Assembly: GCF_009831105.1 (NCBI RefSeq)
Contig: NZ_WUUQ01000002.1
Location: 150,001 to 182,000 of the forward strand
Direction of reading: 5' to 3'
From: Copranaerobaculum intestinale
GTDB taxonomy: Bacteria; Bacillota_I; Bacilli_A; Erysipelotrichales; Erysipelotrichaceae
DNA: 32,000 nt
Made by a program: the position numbers and the translations under genes. The number at the start of each line of letters is the position of its first letter. The first letter of the stretch is position 1. Shown in pieces: positions 17,018 to 26,589 of this stretch. Under the pieces are notes generated by a model, which saw nothing but the letters and a program-made list of their open reading frames with translations, was not told the DNA's origin and did no database searches.

Positions 17018-17763
17018 GGATGCGCAGTTATTGTTTAACGGATCAGGGGCTGGTTCGCAAAACCAATCAGGACAGTATTTTATTGACCCATAATCAAAAC
17101 GGGGATCTGCTGGGTGCGGTCTGTGACGGTATCGGCGGCGGAGTTGCTGGCGATGTAGCGAGCGGGCTGGCTGTCGCGGCCTTAAAGGAAGCCTTTCAAA
17201 ATGCCCCGCGTTTTGAAAATGATCAAGGTGCGAAGCAGTGGTTACATAAAGAAATCAGTAAAGCAAATGAAGCAATCTTTGTCCAGGCATCGCAAACCAT
17301 TCATCAAAAAGGAATGGGAACAACGCTGGTCGGGGTATTGATAACGGATCAGGATGCCTATAATTTTAATATCGGCGATTCTCGTACCTATGGGTTATAC
17401 GGTAAGGAATTTGTGCTGCTGACAGAGGATCATAATTTAGTCGGTGATTTGGTGAAATCCGGCGAAATCAGTGAAGAAGAGGCAATGCATCATCCGCAGC
17501 GCAATCTTTTGACGAATGCATTGGGTATTTGGGATCATGTAAAAATCGATATCAATAAAATTAAGCGGGATTTTGACTGCTTGCTGATCTGCAGTGATGG
17601 CTTGCACGGATATGTGTCCAATGAGAAAATTTATCGGGTGCTTATGGAATCTATTGATATCAAAGAAAAAGCTCAGAAGCTGGTGGAGTTATCAAAAGCA
17701 GCCGGCGGATATGATAATGTCAGTGTGATTTTGATCGAGAATGGTGATGCGCATGAAAAATAA
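17014..17763 (+). CDS. prpC: PP2C-family Ser/Thr protein phosphatase
   Basis: TDQGLVRKTNQDS, VCDGIGG, GMGTT and CSDGL...GG.DNVS motifs. The ATG at 17014 overlaps the rlmN stop (ATGA). An ATG at 17020 is an equally plausible start. The ORF track start at 16972 lies inside rlmN. Confidence 0.88.
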   Translation: MRMRSYCLTDQGLVRKTNQDSILLTHNQNGDLLGAVCDGIGGGVAGDVASGLAVAALKEAFQNAPRFENDQGAKQWLHKEISKANEAIFVQASQTIHQKGMGTTLVGVLITDQDAYNFNIGDSRTYGLYGKEFVLLTEDHNLVGDLVKSGEISEEEAMHHPQRNLLTNALGIWDHVKIDINKIKRDFDCLLICSDGLHGYVSNEKIYRVLMESIDIKEKAQKLVELSKAAGGYDNVSVILIENGDAHEK

Positions 17764-19429
17764 GATGATTGCGGATCGCTATATGATCGTATCTTCCATC
17801 GGTGAAGGCGGAATGGCTGATGTTTATCTGGGCATTGATACGATTCTCAATCGTGAAGTGGCGATCAAAATTCTGCGCGGGGAGTTATCCAATGATCCGA
17901 TAACCCTGCTTCGTTTTCAGCGTGAGGCCAATGCCGCAAGCAAGCTGAATCATCCCAATGTGGTAGGTGTCTACGATGTCGGGGAGAGTGAAGGGCGGCA
18001 TTATATCGTCATGGAGTATGTGCGGGGCCGCACTTTAAAACAGTTGATTTCACAGCGCGGTGCTTTGGACAAGGTAGAAGCTGTGCAGATTATGAAGCAG
18101 TTGGTTTCAGCGGTACAGCACGCGCATGAGAATAATATCATCCATCGTGATATTAAACCGCAGAATGTTTTGGTAAAAGATGACGGCACCGTGAAAATTA
18201 CCGATTTTGGAATTGCTTTAGCCCATGATGCCGTACAGCTGACGCAAAGTGATGCCGTGCTGGGCAGTGCTCATTATCTGGCGCCTGAAACAACCCGAGG
18301 AGAACCGGCAACGGTACAGATTGATATTTATGCACTCGGTATTGTTTTTTATGAATTATTATGCGGTGATGTGCCATATCACGGTGATAACCCGGTGCAG
18401 ATCGCGATGAAGCATCTGCGTGAGGAAATTCCGAGTATTCGTGATTTCAATCCTACGCTGCCGCAGTCAATTGAAAACATCATTACCAAAGCGACGGTAA
18501 AGAATCGTTCTCAGCGATACCGCACAGCTCAGAATATGCTGGATGATCTAAACCGCTGTCTGCTGCCGGAGTATGTAGACGTAGCGCCGCTGGTGTTTGA
18601 AGAAGAAAATGATCAACAGGGCTCCACGCGAATTGTAAGCCGGGAAAAGCCGAAACAGGTACAGCCGGAAGAAACAAAGGAAGCGCGTTTTGACCGGCGC
18701 AGTAAGCTGATCATCGGCTGTCTGCTGTTGGCAATTGTGGCTGTCGCGACCGTCGCGGTTCTCTTCTTTACCGGAGTTTTTGATTTTGCGAAAAAAGTAA
18801 CGGTTCCGGATGTGCTGGGACTTGATCAGGATGAAGCCATAGAGCTGCTGGAGAAAAAAGGTCTGGAAATCGATAAGGTTAAACAGGAACTGACAGATGA
18901 TAAAGACAAGAATACCGTTCTTTCACTCAGTTTGAAACCAGGCACTGAAGTAAAAGCAGGCAGTAAGATTACGATTACCGTATCTGCCGGAGAATACTTC
19001 GTCATAGAAGATTATGTCGGCAAAAATATATCAGAGATTGAAGACTTATTCCAGGATTCCCACTTGAAGATAAAAATTGAGAAAAAGGAAACGGCTACCA
19101 GCAGCTATGAGCCGGGAACGATCCTTTCTCAGTCGGGCTTGAAGCGCGGAAAAAAGATCGATCCGTCCAAGCCGTATACAATCACTTTGGAAATATCGAT
19201 GTATCCGCAAGTCACGATTTCCGGTATCAAAGGTATGAAGATCGATGATGCGATCGCAAAGCTGAAAGCGATGGGACTGAAAGTGATCACATCCCAGAAA
19301 TCCACAGTTGATTTTACCGAGGAAGAGCTGGCAAGCCTTCAAAAAGGTGTCGTGGTGGATTCTGATCCAAAAGAAGGAACCTTGTATACGCAAGATGGGA
19401 ACAGCGTGATTACGCTATACTACTATTAA
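17753..19429 (+). CDS. prkC: Ser/Thr protein kinase with three extracellular PASTA domains
   Basis: Hanks kinase motifs GEGGMADVY, AIK, HRDIKPQN, DFG and APE. One TM helix (LIIGCLLLAIVAVATVAVLFF), then three PASTA-like repeats of about 65 aa. Start chosen by the GGTGA spacing. 17741 and 17765 are alternatives. Confidence 0.9.
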   Translation: MKNKMIADRYMIVSSIGEGGMADVYLGIDTILNREVAIKILRGELSNDPITLLRFQREANAASKLNHPNVVGVYDVGESEGRHYIVMEYVRGRTLKQLISQRGALDKVEAVQIMKQLVSAVQHAHENNIIHRDIKPQNVLVKDDGTVKITDFGIALAHDAVQLTQSDAVLGSAHYLAPETTRGEPATVQIDIYALGIVFYELLCGDVPYHGDNPVQIAMKHLREEIPSIRDFNPTLPQSIENIITKATVKNRSQRYRTAQNMLDDLNRCLLPEYVDVAPLVFEEENDQQGSTRIVSREKPKQVQPEETKEARFDRRSKLIIGCLLLAIVAVATVAVLFFTGVFDFAKKVTVPDVLGLDQDEAIELLEKKGLEIDKVKQELTDDKDKNTVLSLSLKPGTEVKAGSKITITVSAGEYFVIEDYVGKNISEIEDLFQDSHLKIKIEKKETATSSYEPGTILSQSGLKRGKKIDPSKPYTITLEISMYPQVTISGIKGMKIDDAIAKLKAMGLKVITSQKSTVDFTEEELASLQKGVVVDSDPKEGTLYTQDGNSVITLYYY

Positions 19430-19430
19430 T

Positions 19431-20300
19431 ATGAAAAAAGGAACCATTATAAAAATTATATCCAATCAGTATGATGTGCTGAGTGAAGCGGGCGATCGCA
19501 TTTCTTGTGTAGCGATGGGAAAGCTGCGCAAATCTCGTTCACCGGTCGTCGGCGATCATGTTTGGTGGGAAACGATTGGAGACAAGAACGGTATCCAGAA
19601 GATCATGCCGCGAAGAAATGAACTGAAACGTCCTTTGATTGCCAATGTGGATCAGGCAATCATCGTGATGTCATCAGTTGATCCCGATTTTTCTTCTACG
19701 CTGATTGACCGTTTGATCTTTCAAATCTGCTATGCGGGAATACGGCCGCTTTTGTGCGTTACAAAATGTGATTTGATCGGGAGCGATCATGTAGTATGGA
19801 AACAGATCGAAGATTATCGAAGCAGCGGGTATGAGGTATATGTCAGCGGTATCGGCTATGATAATCATGATTTGATTTTGGCTTTAAAGGATAAAATCAG
19901 TGTTCTGACCGGTCAAAGCGGCGCCGGGAAAAGCAGCTTGCTGAACCGCATCGAGCCTTCCTTTCACTTACAGACACAGGAAATCTCAAAGGCACTTGGA
20001 CGAGGTAAGCATACTACCCGGCACTGTGAGCTGTGGAAGGTGAAAGAGGGATGGGTAGCGGATACCCCGGGGTTTTCATCCTTAGATTTTTCGACCATGG
20101 ATATGCAAAAGCTGGCGGAATGCATCCCGGATTTTAAACCCTATCAGGGACAGTGCAAATTTCGAGACTGCATTCACCGCAATGAACCGGACTGTGCTGT
20201 ATCGCAGGCTGTTGATGAGAAAAGGATTGTTAAGAGCCGGTATATGCATTATTTAGATATCTTGGATATGATTGAACAGACAAAAACGAAATATCGTTAG
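19431..20300 (+). CDS. rsgA: Ribosome small-subunit-dependent GTPase A
   Basis: Circularly permuted GTPase: NVDQ, TKCDL and GQSGAGKSSLLN. C-terminal zinc motif CKFRDCIHRNEPDC. Confidence 0.9.
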   Translation: MKKGTIIKIISNQYDVLSEAGDRISCVAMGKLRKSRSPVVGDHVWWETIGDKNGIQKIMPRRNELKRPLIANVDQAIIVMSSVDPDFSSTLIDRLIFQICYAGIRPLLCVTKCDLIGSDHVVWKQIEDYRSSGYEVYVSGIGYDNHDLILALKDKISVLTGQSGAGKSSLLNRIEPSFHLQTQEISKALGRGKHTTRHCELWKVKEGWVADTPGFSSLDFSTMDMQKLAECIPDFKPYQGQCKFRDCIHRNEPDCAVSQAVDEKRIVKSRYMHYLDILDMIEQTKTKYR

Positions 20301-20311
20301 GAGGTAGAACG

Positions 20312-20980
20312 ATGCAGGAACTGATTATTTCACCGTCCATCCTGTCCTTGGACTATTCAAAAGTGAGTGAACAGTTGGATGCGCTGAATCACAGCGGAGC
20401 CAAATGGATGCATTTTGATGTCATGGACGGTCATTTTGTACCGAATTTAACATTTGGTCCTGATATTTTGAAGGGTTTCAAGAAAGCGAGCCCCCTGGTA
20501 ATGGATGTGCATATCATGGTAGATGACCCTCAGATGTTTGCGGAAGTCTTTATGAAAGCAGGAGCTGATATTGTGACCTTTCATCTGGAAGCGGTTGAAA
20601 ACATCGATGCCTGTGTGAAGCTGTGCCGTAAGATTCGATCAATGGGCGGCAAAGCCGGAGTTTCACTGAAACCGAATACCCCGGTGGATGCGCTGCTTCC
20701 CGTTCTTGAAGAGCTGGATCTGGTGCTGATCATGTCGGTGGAACCCGGTTTCGGCGGCCAGTCATTTATGGCGCACACTCTTGAGAAAGTGATAATTCTG
20801 CGTCAGGAAATCAGTCAGCGTAACCTACCGGTTCATCTTGAAATTGACGGCGGTATCAACCGTAATACTGCCAAGCAGGCGATTTTAGCCGGCTGCGATG
20901 TATTGGTTGCTGGAAGCTATGTTTTTAAACAGGATATCCGGACTGGAGTTCAATCCCTATTATGCGCCGCGCAATCTTAA
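20312..20980 (+). CDS. rpe: Ribulose-phosphate 3-epimerase
   Basis: SPSILS.D, HFDVMDGHFVPN, MSV.PGFGGQ.F and DGG(I)N. AGGAGG RBS. Confidence 0.92.
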   Translation: MQELIISPSILSLDYSKVSEQLDALNHSGAKWMHFDVMDGHFVPNLTFGPDILKGFKKASPLVMDVHIMVDDPQMFAEVFMKAGADIVTFHLEAVENIDACVKLCRKIRSMGGKAGVSLKPNTPVDALLPVLEELDLVLIMSVEPGFGGQSFMAHTLEKVIILRQEISQRNLPVHLEIDGGINRNTAKQAILAGCDVLVAGSYVFKQDIRTGVQSLLCAAQS

Positions 20981-21558
20981 TTGCCGGTATGGCCAAGCAG
21001 ATTCCCGATCTGGAAGGTGATTATTTTGGGATCGACAGGGGTGCCTTCATCGCCCTTCATCAGGGATTTTCGCTGCAAGCAGCGATCGGTGATTTTGATT
21101 CTATTACAAAAAAAGAGCGGGAAGAGCTTGAAAAAAGCTGCCCGATGGTCGTATTGCCTACCCACAAGAATGAAACTGACAGTGAAGCCGCAGTAAAGCA
21201 TGTGCTTTCACTTGGCTATGATTCTATTTTGTTATATGGATGCCTGGGCGGACGTATAGACCATGAGCTGGCTAATCTTCGGCTTATGACGCAGCGTCGT
21301 TATCCGCTTACGCTGATGAATGAGAAAAACCAGTTGGAGGTATTGAATCCCGGAACCTATACGATTTTCAAAACTAGAAAATATCTTTCCTTCTTGGCTT
21401 TGGAACCGTCGTGTATCAGTGAAGCGCATGTTGCATATCCGCTTGATCATCAAAGGATTGACATGCAGGATATATACACCATATCCAATGAAATTGAGGA
21501 TCAGGCGATCGTAACAATTCACGAAGGACGAGTTATGATGATGCAAAGCGATGATTAA
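20962..21558 (+). CDS. thiN: Thiamine diphosphokinase
   Basis: GDFDS, HKNETDSEAA and GGRIDHELAN motifs. Overlaps the end of rpe by 19 nt. Confidence 0.85.
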   Translation: MRRAILIAGMAKQIPDLEGDYFGIDRGAFIALHQGFSLQAAIGDFDSITKKEREELEKSCPMVVLPTHKNETDSEAAVKHVLSLGYDSILLYGCLGGRIDHELANLRLMTQRRYPLTLMNEKNQLEVLNPGTYTIFKTRKYLSFLALEPSCISEAHVAYPLDHQRIDMQDIYTISNEIEDQAIVTIHEGRVMMMQSDD

Positions 21559-21583
21559 GACGCATTCTTTGCGTCTTTTTATT
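21558..21583 (+). terminator. Rho-independent terminator ending the priA-to-thiN gene string
   Basis: AAGACGC (21558-21564) pairs with GCGTCTT (21571-21577), followed by TTTATT. Confidence 0.7.
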
Positions 21584-21634
21584 GTTTTCAGCTATCTCAA
21601 TCATCTAAACGGCATTCGCGGCAGTTCGCTCAAG

Positions 21635-21665
21635 AAAAAAACCAGACAAGATGGGCTTGCCTGGC
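21635..21665 (-). terminator. Rho-independent terminator of the aldolase gene
   Basis: Minus-strand RNA CCAGGCAAG-cccat-CUUGUCUGG forms 9 bp with one G-U, followed by a 7-U run. On the plus strand the same stem has an A-C mismatch. Confidence 0.7.
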
Positions 21666-21674
21666 TTTTTTTGT

Positions 21675-22562
21675 TTAATGAACAGATGCTTTGTAAATTT
21701 CAAGGATAGCCTGTTTCAGTGCGTTATCAAATTCTTCCTGGGTTTGCTGAGCAGACAAATCTGATAAGAGTGCTCGGGAGAAGCTTGCAATCAAACCCTG
21801 ATTCTTCATCAGAAGATCATCGGCCTCTTTGCGGGTATATCCGCCGGATAATGCGACAACCCGTACGACATGGGGATCATCAATGATTGGTGCGTATAAG
21901 TTTGTTTCGGTTGGAATCGTCAACTTAAACATGAGCAACACATCGTCATCCAATTTCACAAGATGCTCCTGAATTTCCTTCAGCAACAATGCTTCTGCTG
22001 CTTTTTTGGTGCTGCTATTGATGGATACCTCCGGCTCCAGAATCGGAACCAAACCGGCTTTTACAATCTGTAAGCCTATTTCAAATTGCTGATCGACAAT
22101 CTTTTTAATACCTATCGGGTTTGCTTCCTTGATGACACTACGCATTTTTGTACCGAAGATGTGCTTTTCATTTGCGGTTTTCAACAGTGCTTCTAAGTCC
22201 GGCATCGGCTTCATGAGCTGAACATCATCGGCTTCGTCAGCCAAGCCTTTATCCACCTTCAGGAAAGGTACGATTCCTTTCTTCTCCCACAGATAGTCTG
22301 CCGTGTCCATACCTTCCACCTTCGAATTCATGGTTCGCTCAAAGAGAATTGCCCCCAGTATATGCTGTGCGGTGAAAGCACAGCTGGTGATGATACGGCT
22401 GCGCATCTGATGAATGAGATCAAACATCTCTTCATCATTATGAAAGGCTGTTTCCTCGATACCATAAGCTTTCAAAGCTTTTGGGGTACTGCCGCCGCTT
22501 TGATCTAGCGCTGCGATGAAACCGGGATCCTTGCGCATGCGTTCAAATTGTTTTGTGTTCAT
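21675..22562 (-). CDS. fda: Class I fructose-1,6-bisphosphate aldolase
   Basis: 295 aa. GFIAALDQSGGSTPKAL, GAILFE.TM, VPFLKVDKGL, IFGTKMRS and VVRVVALSGGY closely follow the staphylococcal-type class I Fda, as I recall that sequence. Confidence 0.85.
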   Translation of the reverse strand: MNTKQFERMRKDPGFIAALDQSGGSTPKALKAYGIEETAFHNDEEMFDLIHQMRSRIITSCAFTAQHILGAILFERTMNSKVEGMDTADYLWEKKGIVPFLKVDKGLADEADDVQLMKPMPDLEALLKTANEKHIFGTKMRSVIKEANPIGIKKIVDQQFEIGLQIVKAGLVPILEPEVSINSSTKKAAEALLLKEIQEHLVKLDDDVLLMFKLTIPTETNLYAPIIDDPHVVRVVALSGGYTRKEADDLLMKNQGLIASFSRALLSDLSAQQTQEEFDNALKQAILEIYKASVH

Positions 22563-22778
22563 GTATGAGCACCTCCTTTACTTGTATTATATACCCGGAC
22601 TTACATAGTTACGAGTGAAATGTTCAGGGAATGGAAACCGTAAATGAAAAGCTGCCTGCTATGTAAAATAGTTGATGTAAATTGAATAAAATCGGTTCAT
22701 GAATTGGATGCTTTCGATAATGGAAGGAACTGTAAAATTATGTTTTTAAAATTCATGGTAAGATACCTTCAACAGAGA

Positions 22779-22795
22779 TTTCGACACTGTCGAAA
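22779..22795. promoter_or_regulatory. Perfect 17-bp palindrome (candidate operator)
   Basis: TTTCGACA-c-TGTCGAAA, with 8-bp arms, lies in the 378-nt fda/regulator divergent intergenic region. Confidence 0.4.
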
Positions 22796-22940
22796 ATTAA
22801 AAAAAAGATTATATGCAGTGTCTGAAATTTATGATAAGAGGCAGTGAGTGTTGAAACATTTCAAAAGTGTCCGTTTTTTGCATACGCTTTTCTATAATGT
22901 AGTCATCCAAAATACTGCCTCGGATCAGGAGGAAATGTTT

Positions 22941-25661
22941 ATGAATGTCATCAGCACAAAAAAACTGCTGCTTCAGTTTCTGGAGCGAGATGTGGAATTC
23001 AGTATCGAGAGTCCGTATCGCTGTACGACAAGTGATATCAGTGAGACCATGCACATCAGCCGTTCTTTAACGAGTCAGTATCTGAATGAACTGAACAAGG
23101 AAGGAAAGCTAGTGAAAGTAACTTCCCGTCCCGTATATTATTTCAGTACCAAACGGTTAGAGGAATTATATTCCGCAACCGTTGGTGAATTTGAATTTTA
23201 TGATATGGAAGAATTGCATGGTTATTTACAAAAAGGGAAAAACAGCGTTCAAGATTTTCAAAAAGTCATCGGAAATGAAGGAACCCTCAGCTATTGTACG
23301 ATGCAGATGAAGTCTGCAATGCTATATCCGCCCGATGGACTGCCGATTATTTTTCATGGCAGGAAGGGAAGCGGCAAGGCTTATCTGGCGGAAGTCATGT
23401 ATGAATATGGTGTCAACCAAAGAATATTGTCATCACATGCTCATTTTGTAAAAGATCATATTGCTTCAATTCATGAACCGTATGAAGAAGTACTGTTTGG
23501 AACGAGCCATGCGGATCGAATCGTTCCCGGCTTACTTGAAAAAGCTGCCGGAGGACTGCTTTATCTTGGGGACGCGGGAAATATGAATATGGAATGTCAG
23601 CGGCGGCTTACCGCTTATATTACCAAGGGTACCTTTACCAGGATCTATGATGATAAAACGATATTGAATGTAAAGACGCGAATCGTGTTAGGGGTAGAGC
23701 ATGATCTGCATGAACAGCTGTATGATGAACTGCTGCTGAACATACCCGTCGTCTGTGAGATACCTGCGTTGTCGATGCGCCCTCAGGGTGAGCGAAATGA
23801 TATGATCGTCTCATTTCTGATCAAAGAAGCGCAGTCCTTGAAAAAGGAAATTCTGCTGTCAAAATCGCTGTATCAAGTATTCATGGGATATCATTTCCAT
23901 GACAGTATCGATGATATGAACACCAATCTGCGGCTTGCGTGTGCCAATGCCTATGCACAGAGCGGAAATGAAGAAGAAATTCATATGTATCTTCGGCATT
24001 TGCCGATGGAGGTGTTCGGTGACCTGGAATTATCGCTTCGCGGTCGTGACAGCGAAGAACTGCTGGGCGTGGATGAGTTGAAGATGCAGGATGGAAAGCG
24101 TCAGATTCTTCAGTTGTATGAACAGATTCTGGAAGCTCATCAGATGTACCTGGAGCGCACCTTTGATGAACCGGAATGGGTGAATTCAGGATTAAATGCG
24201 ATGCGCTGTTATTATGATTTTATCGTTTTTGAACAGCGTGATGATGACTTGGGAAGAAAGACGATCGCCGCAAAGCTGGAAGAGCTAATATCAGAGGTTG
24301 AGAAACAATTTCAAATTACCCTGCCCTTGAATTGCAGCTTTATTTTAGCAAGGATGGTGTATGCGATCTATCGGATGCAGTCGGAAGTGCAGCTTTGGGA
24401 ACATCAGCACAAGGATGCAATTCACAGCTGTCAGGAAACGCTGGATAAACAACTGCCGGATGTCAGTGCGATGGCTGCTTCGATCATTCGCAAAATTAAC
24501 GGCGCCATGGATGTGAAGCTGGGGACGATGAACACGATCTTTTTGATCTTCAATATTCATTTCTATAACCGGGATGTCATTAACCGTGATACCTGCGGGG
24601 TGATTATCTCACATGGTTATTCCACGGCCACAAGTATTGCCGATGCAGTCAATCAAATGCTGGAAATGCAGGTTTTCAAAGCGATTGACATGCCCTTGGA
24701 TACCGATGTGAAGCAAATCCAGAAAAAGCTGGTCCGCTTTGTGGAACTGCATCCGAATTATCGAAATTTGATCATCATGGTTGATATGGGATCATTGGAG
24801 GAAATTGCCTCCGGTCTGCAAGCCGATATGAATATCGGTGTCATCAACAACATATCAACCGGCCTGGCCCTGGATATCGGAAATCGGATTCAGCGCCATC
24901 AGGAATTGGAGGATATTCTCCAGAATGCATGCCGCGGGTTTGAATGTCATTATCAAATTTTATCCAAGAGCGGTAAAGAAAAAGCAATCGTCTTTACCAA
25001 TGATGTAGGAATGAAGGTTTCTTCAAAGCTGGTGGAGCTGTTCAAGAGCAGTCTTCCGAAAATCATTAATCTGAAGTTTATCGAATACGATTATGACCGC
25101 CTTCAGAAGATGGGAATCCAGGATGTGCTGTTTGATAAATATGAAGTCATTTTGTTGATCAAGCCCCACATGCTGAAGCTGGACGGCATTCAGAGCTTGT
25201 CTTTGGAAGAACTGATCAGCTTTAAATCCATTGCGCAGGTGAATCAAATACTCTCGCAGTACTTGAATGACGCTGAGATTGAAAGCTTTAATAAACAGCT
25301 GCTGAAGAATTTTTCATTGCAGAGCATCATGGAGAATCTAACGATTCTCAATCCCGGCAAACTGCTTGATCAGGTATCAGAAGCGATCACTCAGCTTCAG
25401 CTGTTGATGGATCGCAAGTTTCAAAGCAAAACCATTATCGGCATCTACATGCATACCTGTTTTCTAATTGAGCGGCTGGTTACCAAAACCGCAATTCTTT
25501 CAGATGATATGGATGCTTTTGAAAAAGCACATCCGGATTTTATCCGCAATGTCCATATCAGTTTTGAGAAAATGCTGAAAAATTACAGTGTCGAGATACC
25601 GATCAGTGAGATATCTTATTTATACGACTACATCCAGAACGAAGAATGGGAGGAGAAATAA
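22941..25661 (+). CDS. LevR-architecture PTS regulator (HTH, degenerate AAA+, PRD, EIIA-Man-like, EIIB-Gat-like, PRD)
   Basis: The domain order is readable by eye:
- Winged HTH (ISETMHISRSLTSQYLNEL).
- AAA+-like block (IIFHGRKGSGKAYLAE...GGLLYLGDAG).
- PRD.
- EIIA-Man-like VIISHGYSTATS.
- Second PRD (IGIYMHTCFLIERL).
Start is set at the ATG at 22941, 8 nt after AGGAGG. The ORF track GTG at 22848 adds 31 aa with no RBS. Confidence 0.75.
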   Translation: MNVISTKKLLLQFLERDVEFSIESPYRCTTSDISETMHISRSLTSQYLNELNKEGKLVKVTSRPVYYFSTKRLEELYSATVGEFEFYDMEELHGYLQKGKNSVQDFQKVIGNEGTLSYCTMQMKSAMLYPPDGLPIIFHGRKGSGKAYLAEVMYEYGVNQRILSSHAHFVKDHIASIHEPYEEVLFGTSHADRIVPGLLEKAAGGLLYLGDAGNMNMECQRRLTAYITKGTFTRIYDDKTILNVKTRIVLGVEHDLHEQLYDELLLNIPVVCEIPALSMRPQGERNDMIVSFLIKEAQSLKKEILLSKSLYQVFMGYHFHDSIDDMNTNLRLACANAYAQSGNEEEIHMYLRHLPMEVFGDLELSLRGRDSEELLGVDELKMQDGKRQILQLYEQILEAHQMYLERTFDEPEWVNSGLNAMRCYYDFIVFEQRDDDLGRKTIAAKLEELISEVEKQFQITLPLNCSFILARMVYAIYRMQSEVQLWEHQHKDAIHSCQETLDKQLPDVSAMAASIIRKINGAMDVKLGTMNTIFLIFNIHFYNRDVINRDTCGVIISHGYSTATSIADAVNQMLEMQVFKAIDMPLDTDVKQIQKKLVRFVELHPNYRNLIIMVDMGSLEEIASGLQADMNIGVINNISTGLALDIGNRIQRHQELEDILQNACRGFECHYQILSKSGKEKAIVFTNDVGMKVSSKLVELFKSSLPKIINLKFIEYDYDRLQKMGIQDVLFDKYEVILLIKPHMLKLDGIQSLSLEELISFKSIAQVNQILSQYLNDAEIESFNKQLLKNFSLQSIMENLTILNPGKLLDQVSEAITQLQLLMDRKFQSKTIIGIYMHTCFLIERLVTKTAILSDDMDAFEKAHPDFIRNVHISFEKMLKNYSVEIPISEISYLYDYIQNEEWEEK

Positions 25662-26050
25662 TGCGAAGAATTATTCTGGCATCACATGGTGAAATGGCCA
25701 AGGGGATGAAAAACACATTGGAGATGATAGTTGGCAAGGATGAGCGGATACAGCTGCTGATGTTAATGCCGGGGCATCATCCGGACGAACTGAAACAGCA
25801 GGTAGAAAGGTGGGCAGCTGAGAATCCCGAGGATGAATTTATCATTCTGTGTGATCTGTTTGGCGGCAGTGTCGCAAATGCGCTCATGCATCTGTGTACC
25901 TGTGAAAAAATCCATGTGGTCACCGGGGCAAATTTAGGAATGGCCATTACGATTTGTACCGCAAAAGATGAAGAACCGCTTGCCCAGCTGATTCGCAATT
26001 CTTTGAGCGAAGCAAAAAAGTATATGCTTTATACCAATGATCTCATGTAA
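25661..26050 (+). CDS. PTS mannose/fructose/sorbose-family EIIA
   Basis: RIILASHGEMAKG carries the phospho-His. Length is about 129 aa. The ATG overlaps the regulator stop (TAATG). Confidence 0.85.
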   Translation: MRRIILASHGEMAKGMKNTLEMIVGKDERIQLLMLMPGHHPDELKQQVERWAAENPEDEFIILCDLFGGSVANALMHLCTCEKIHVVTGANLGMAITICTAKDEEPLAQLIRNSLSEAKKYMLYTNDLM

Positions 26051-26067
26051 AAGAAAGGAGGGATATT

Positions 26068-26589
26068 ATGATCAAAATGTTGAGAATTGATGATCGTCTG
26101 CTGCATGGTCAGGTTGTCTTTATCTGGTCAAAACAGTTGGATATCAAGGGAATTGTCGTCGCCAACGATGCTTTACCCGATGATCCGATCCAATCTATGG
26201 CAATGAAAATGGTCGTACCGGAGCACATCAAGCTGCTGATCAAGAAGGTTGATGATGCGGTGCATTTCCTGAATGATCCCCGGATTGAGGGGATGGGCGT
26301 TATGGTGGTCGTAAAAGATCCTGAAGATGCCGCAAGGGTCATGAAAGGCTTGCACAATCCAAATGTTGTTCAAAAGCTGAATATCGGCAACAGCGGTCGG
26401 GTCGATAAAGGGGACCGCCAAAAGCTGACGCCCGAAGTATATGTCGATCAAACGGATATAGCGGCATTGAAAGAACTGCTTCAATATCAAATTCCTTTTG
26501 AGATCCAGATGATTCCGACCAATGGAAAAACGGATGTAAAGGATGCGTTAAGCCATTATCATGAAGCAGATACAGAAAAATCCTCATAA
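26068..26589 (+). CDS. PTS mannose/fructose/sorbose-family EIIB
   Basis: The N-terminal LRIDDRLLHGQVV is the signature phospho-His motif of EIIB-Man/Sor. Confidence 0.88.
   Translation: MIKMLRIDDRLLHGQVVFIWSKQLDIKGIVVANDALPDDPIQSMAMKMVVPEHIKLLIKKVDDAVHFLNDPRIEGMGVMVVVKDPEDAARVMKGLHNPNVVQKLNIGNSGRVDKGDRQKLTPEVYVDQTDIAALKELLQYQIPFEIQMIPTNGKTDVKDALSHYHEADTEKSS

Noticed and set aside
22662-22738. Three copies of TGTAAAWT (22662, 22676 and 22731) in the fda/regulator intergenic region.
   Set aside because: This is an AT-rich 8-mer in AT-rich DNA with irregular spacing, so it is consistent with chance. The perfect palindromes nearby are better operator candidates.
22839-22856. A possible sigma-54 -24/-12 element, AGGCAG-tgagtg-TTGAA, upstream of the LevR-type regulator.
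   Set aside because: The GG-to-GC spacing is off by one. The invariant -12 GC is GA, and the -24 TGGCAC is only partly matched.
22848-22940. The ORF-track GTG start, which adds 31 N-terminal residues (MLKHFKSVRFLHTLFYNVVIQNTASDQEEMF) to the regulator.
   Set aside because: No Shine-Dalgarno precedes it, and the extension would cover the only -10-like element. AGGAGG sits 8 nt before the ATG at 22941, from which the winged-helix domain begins.
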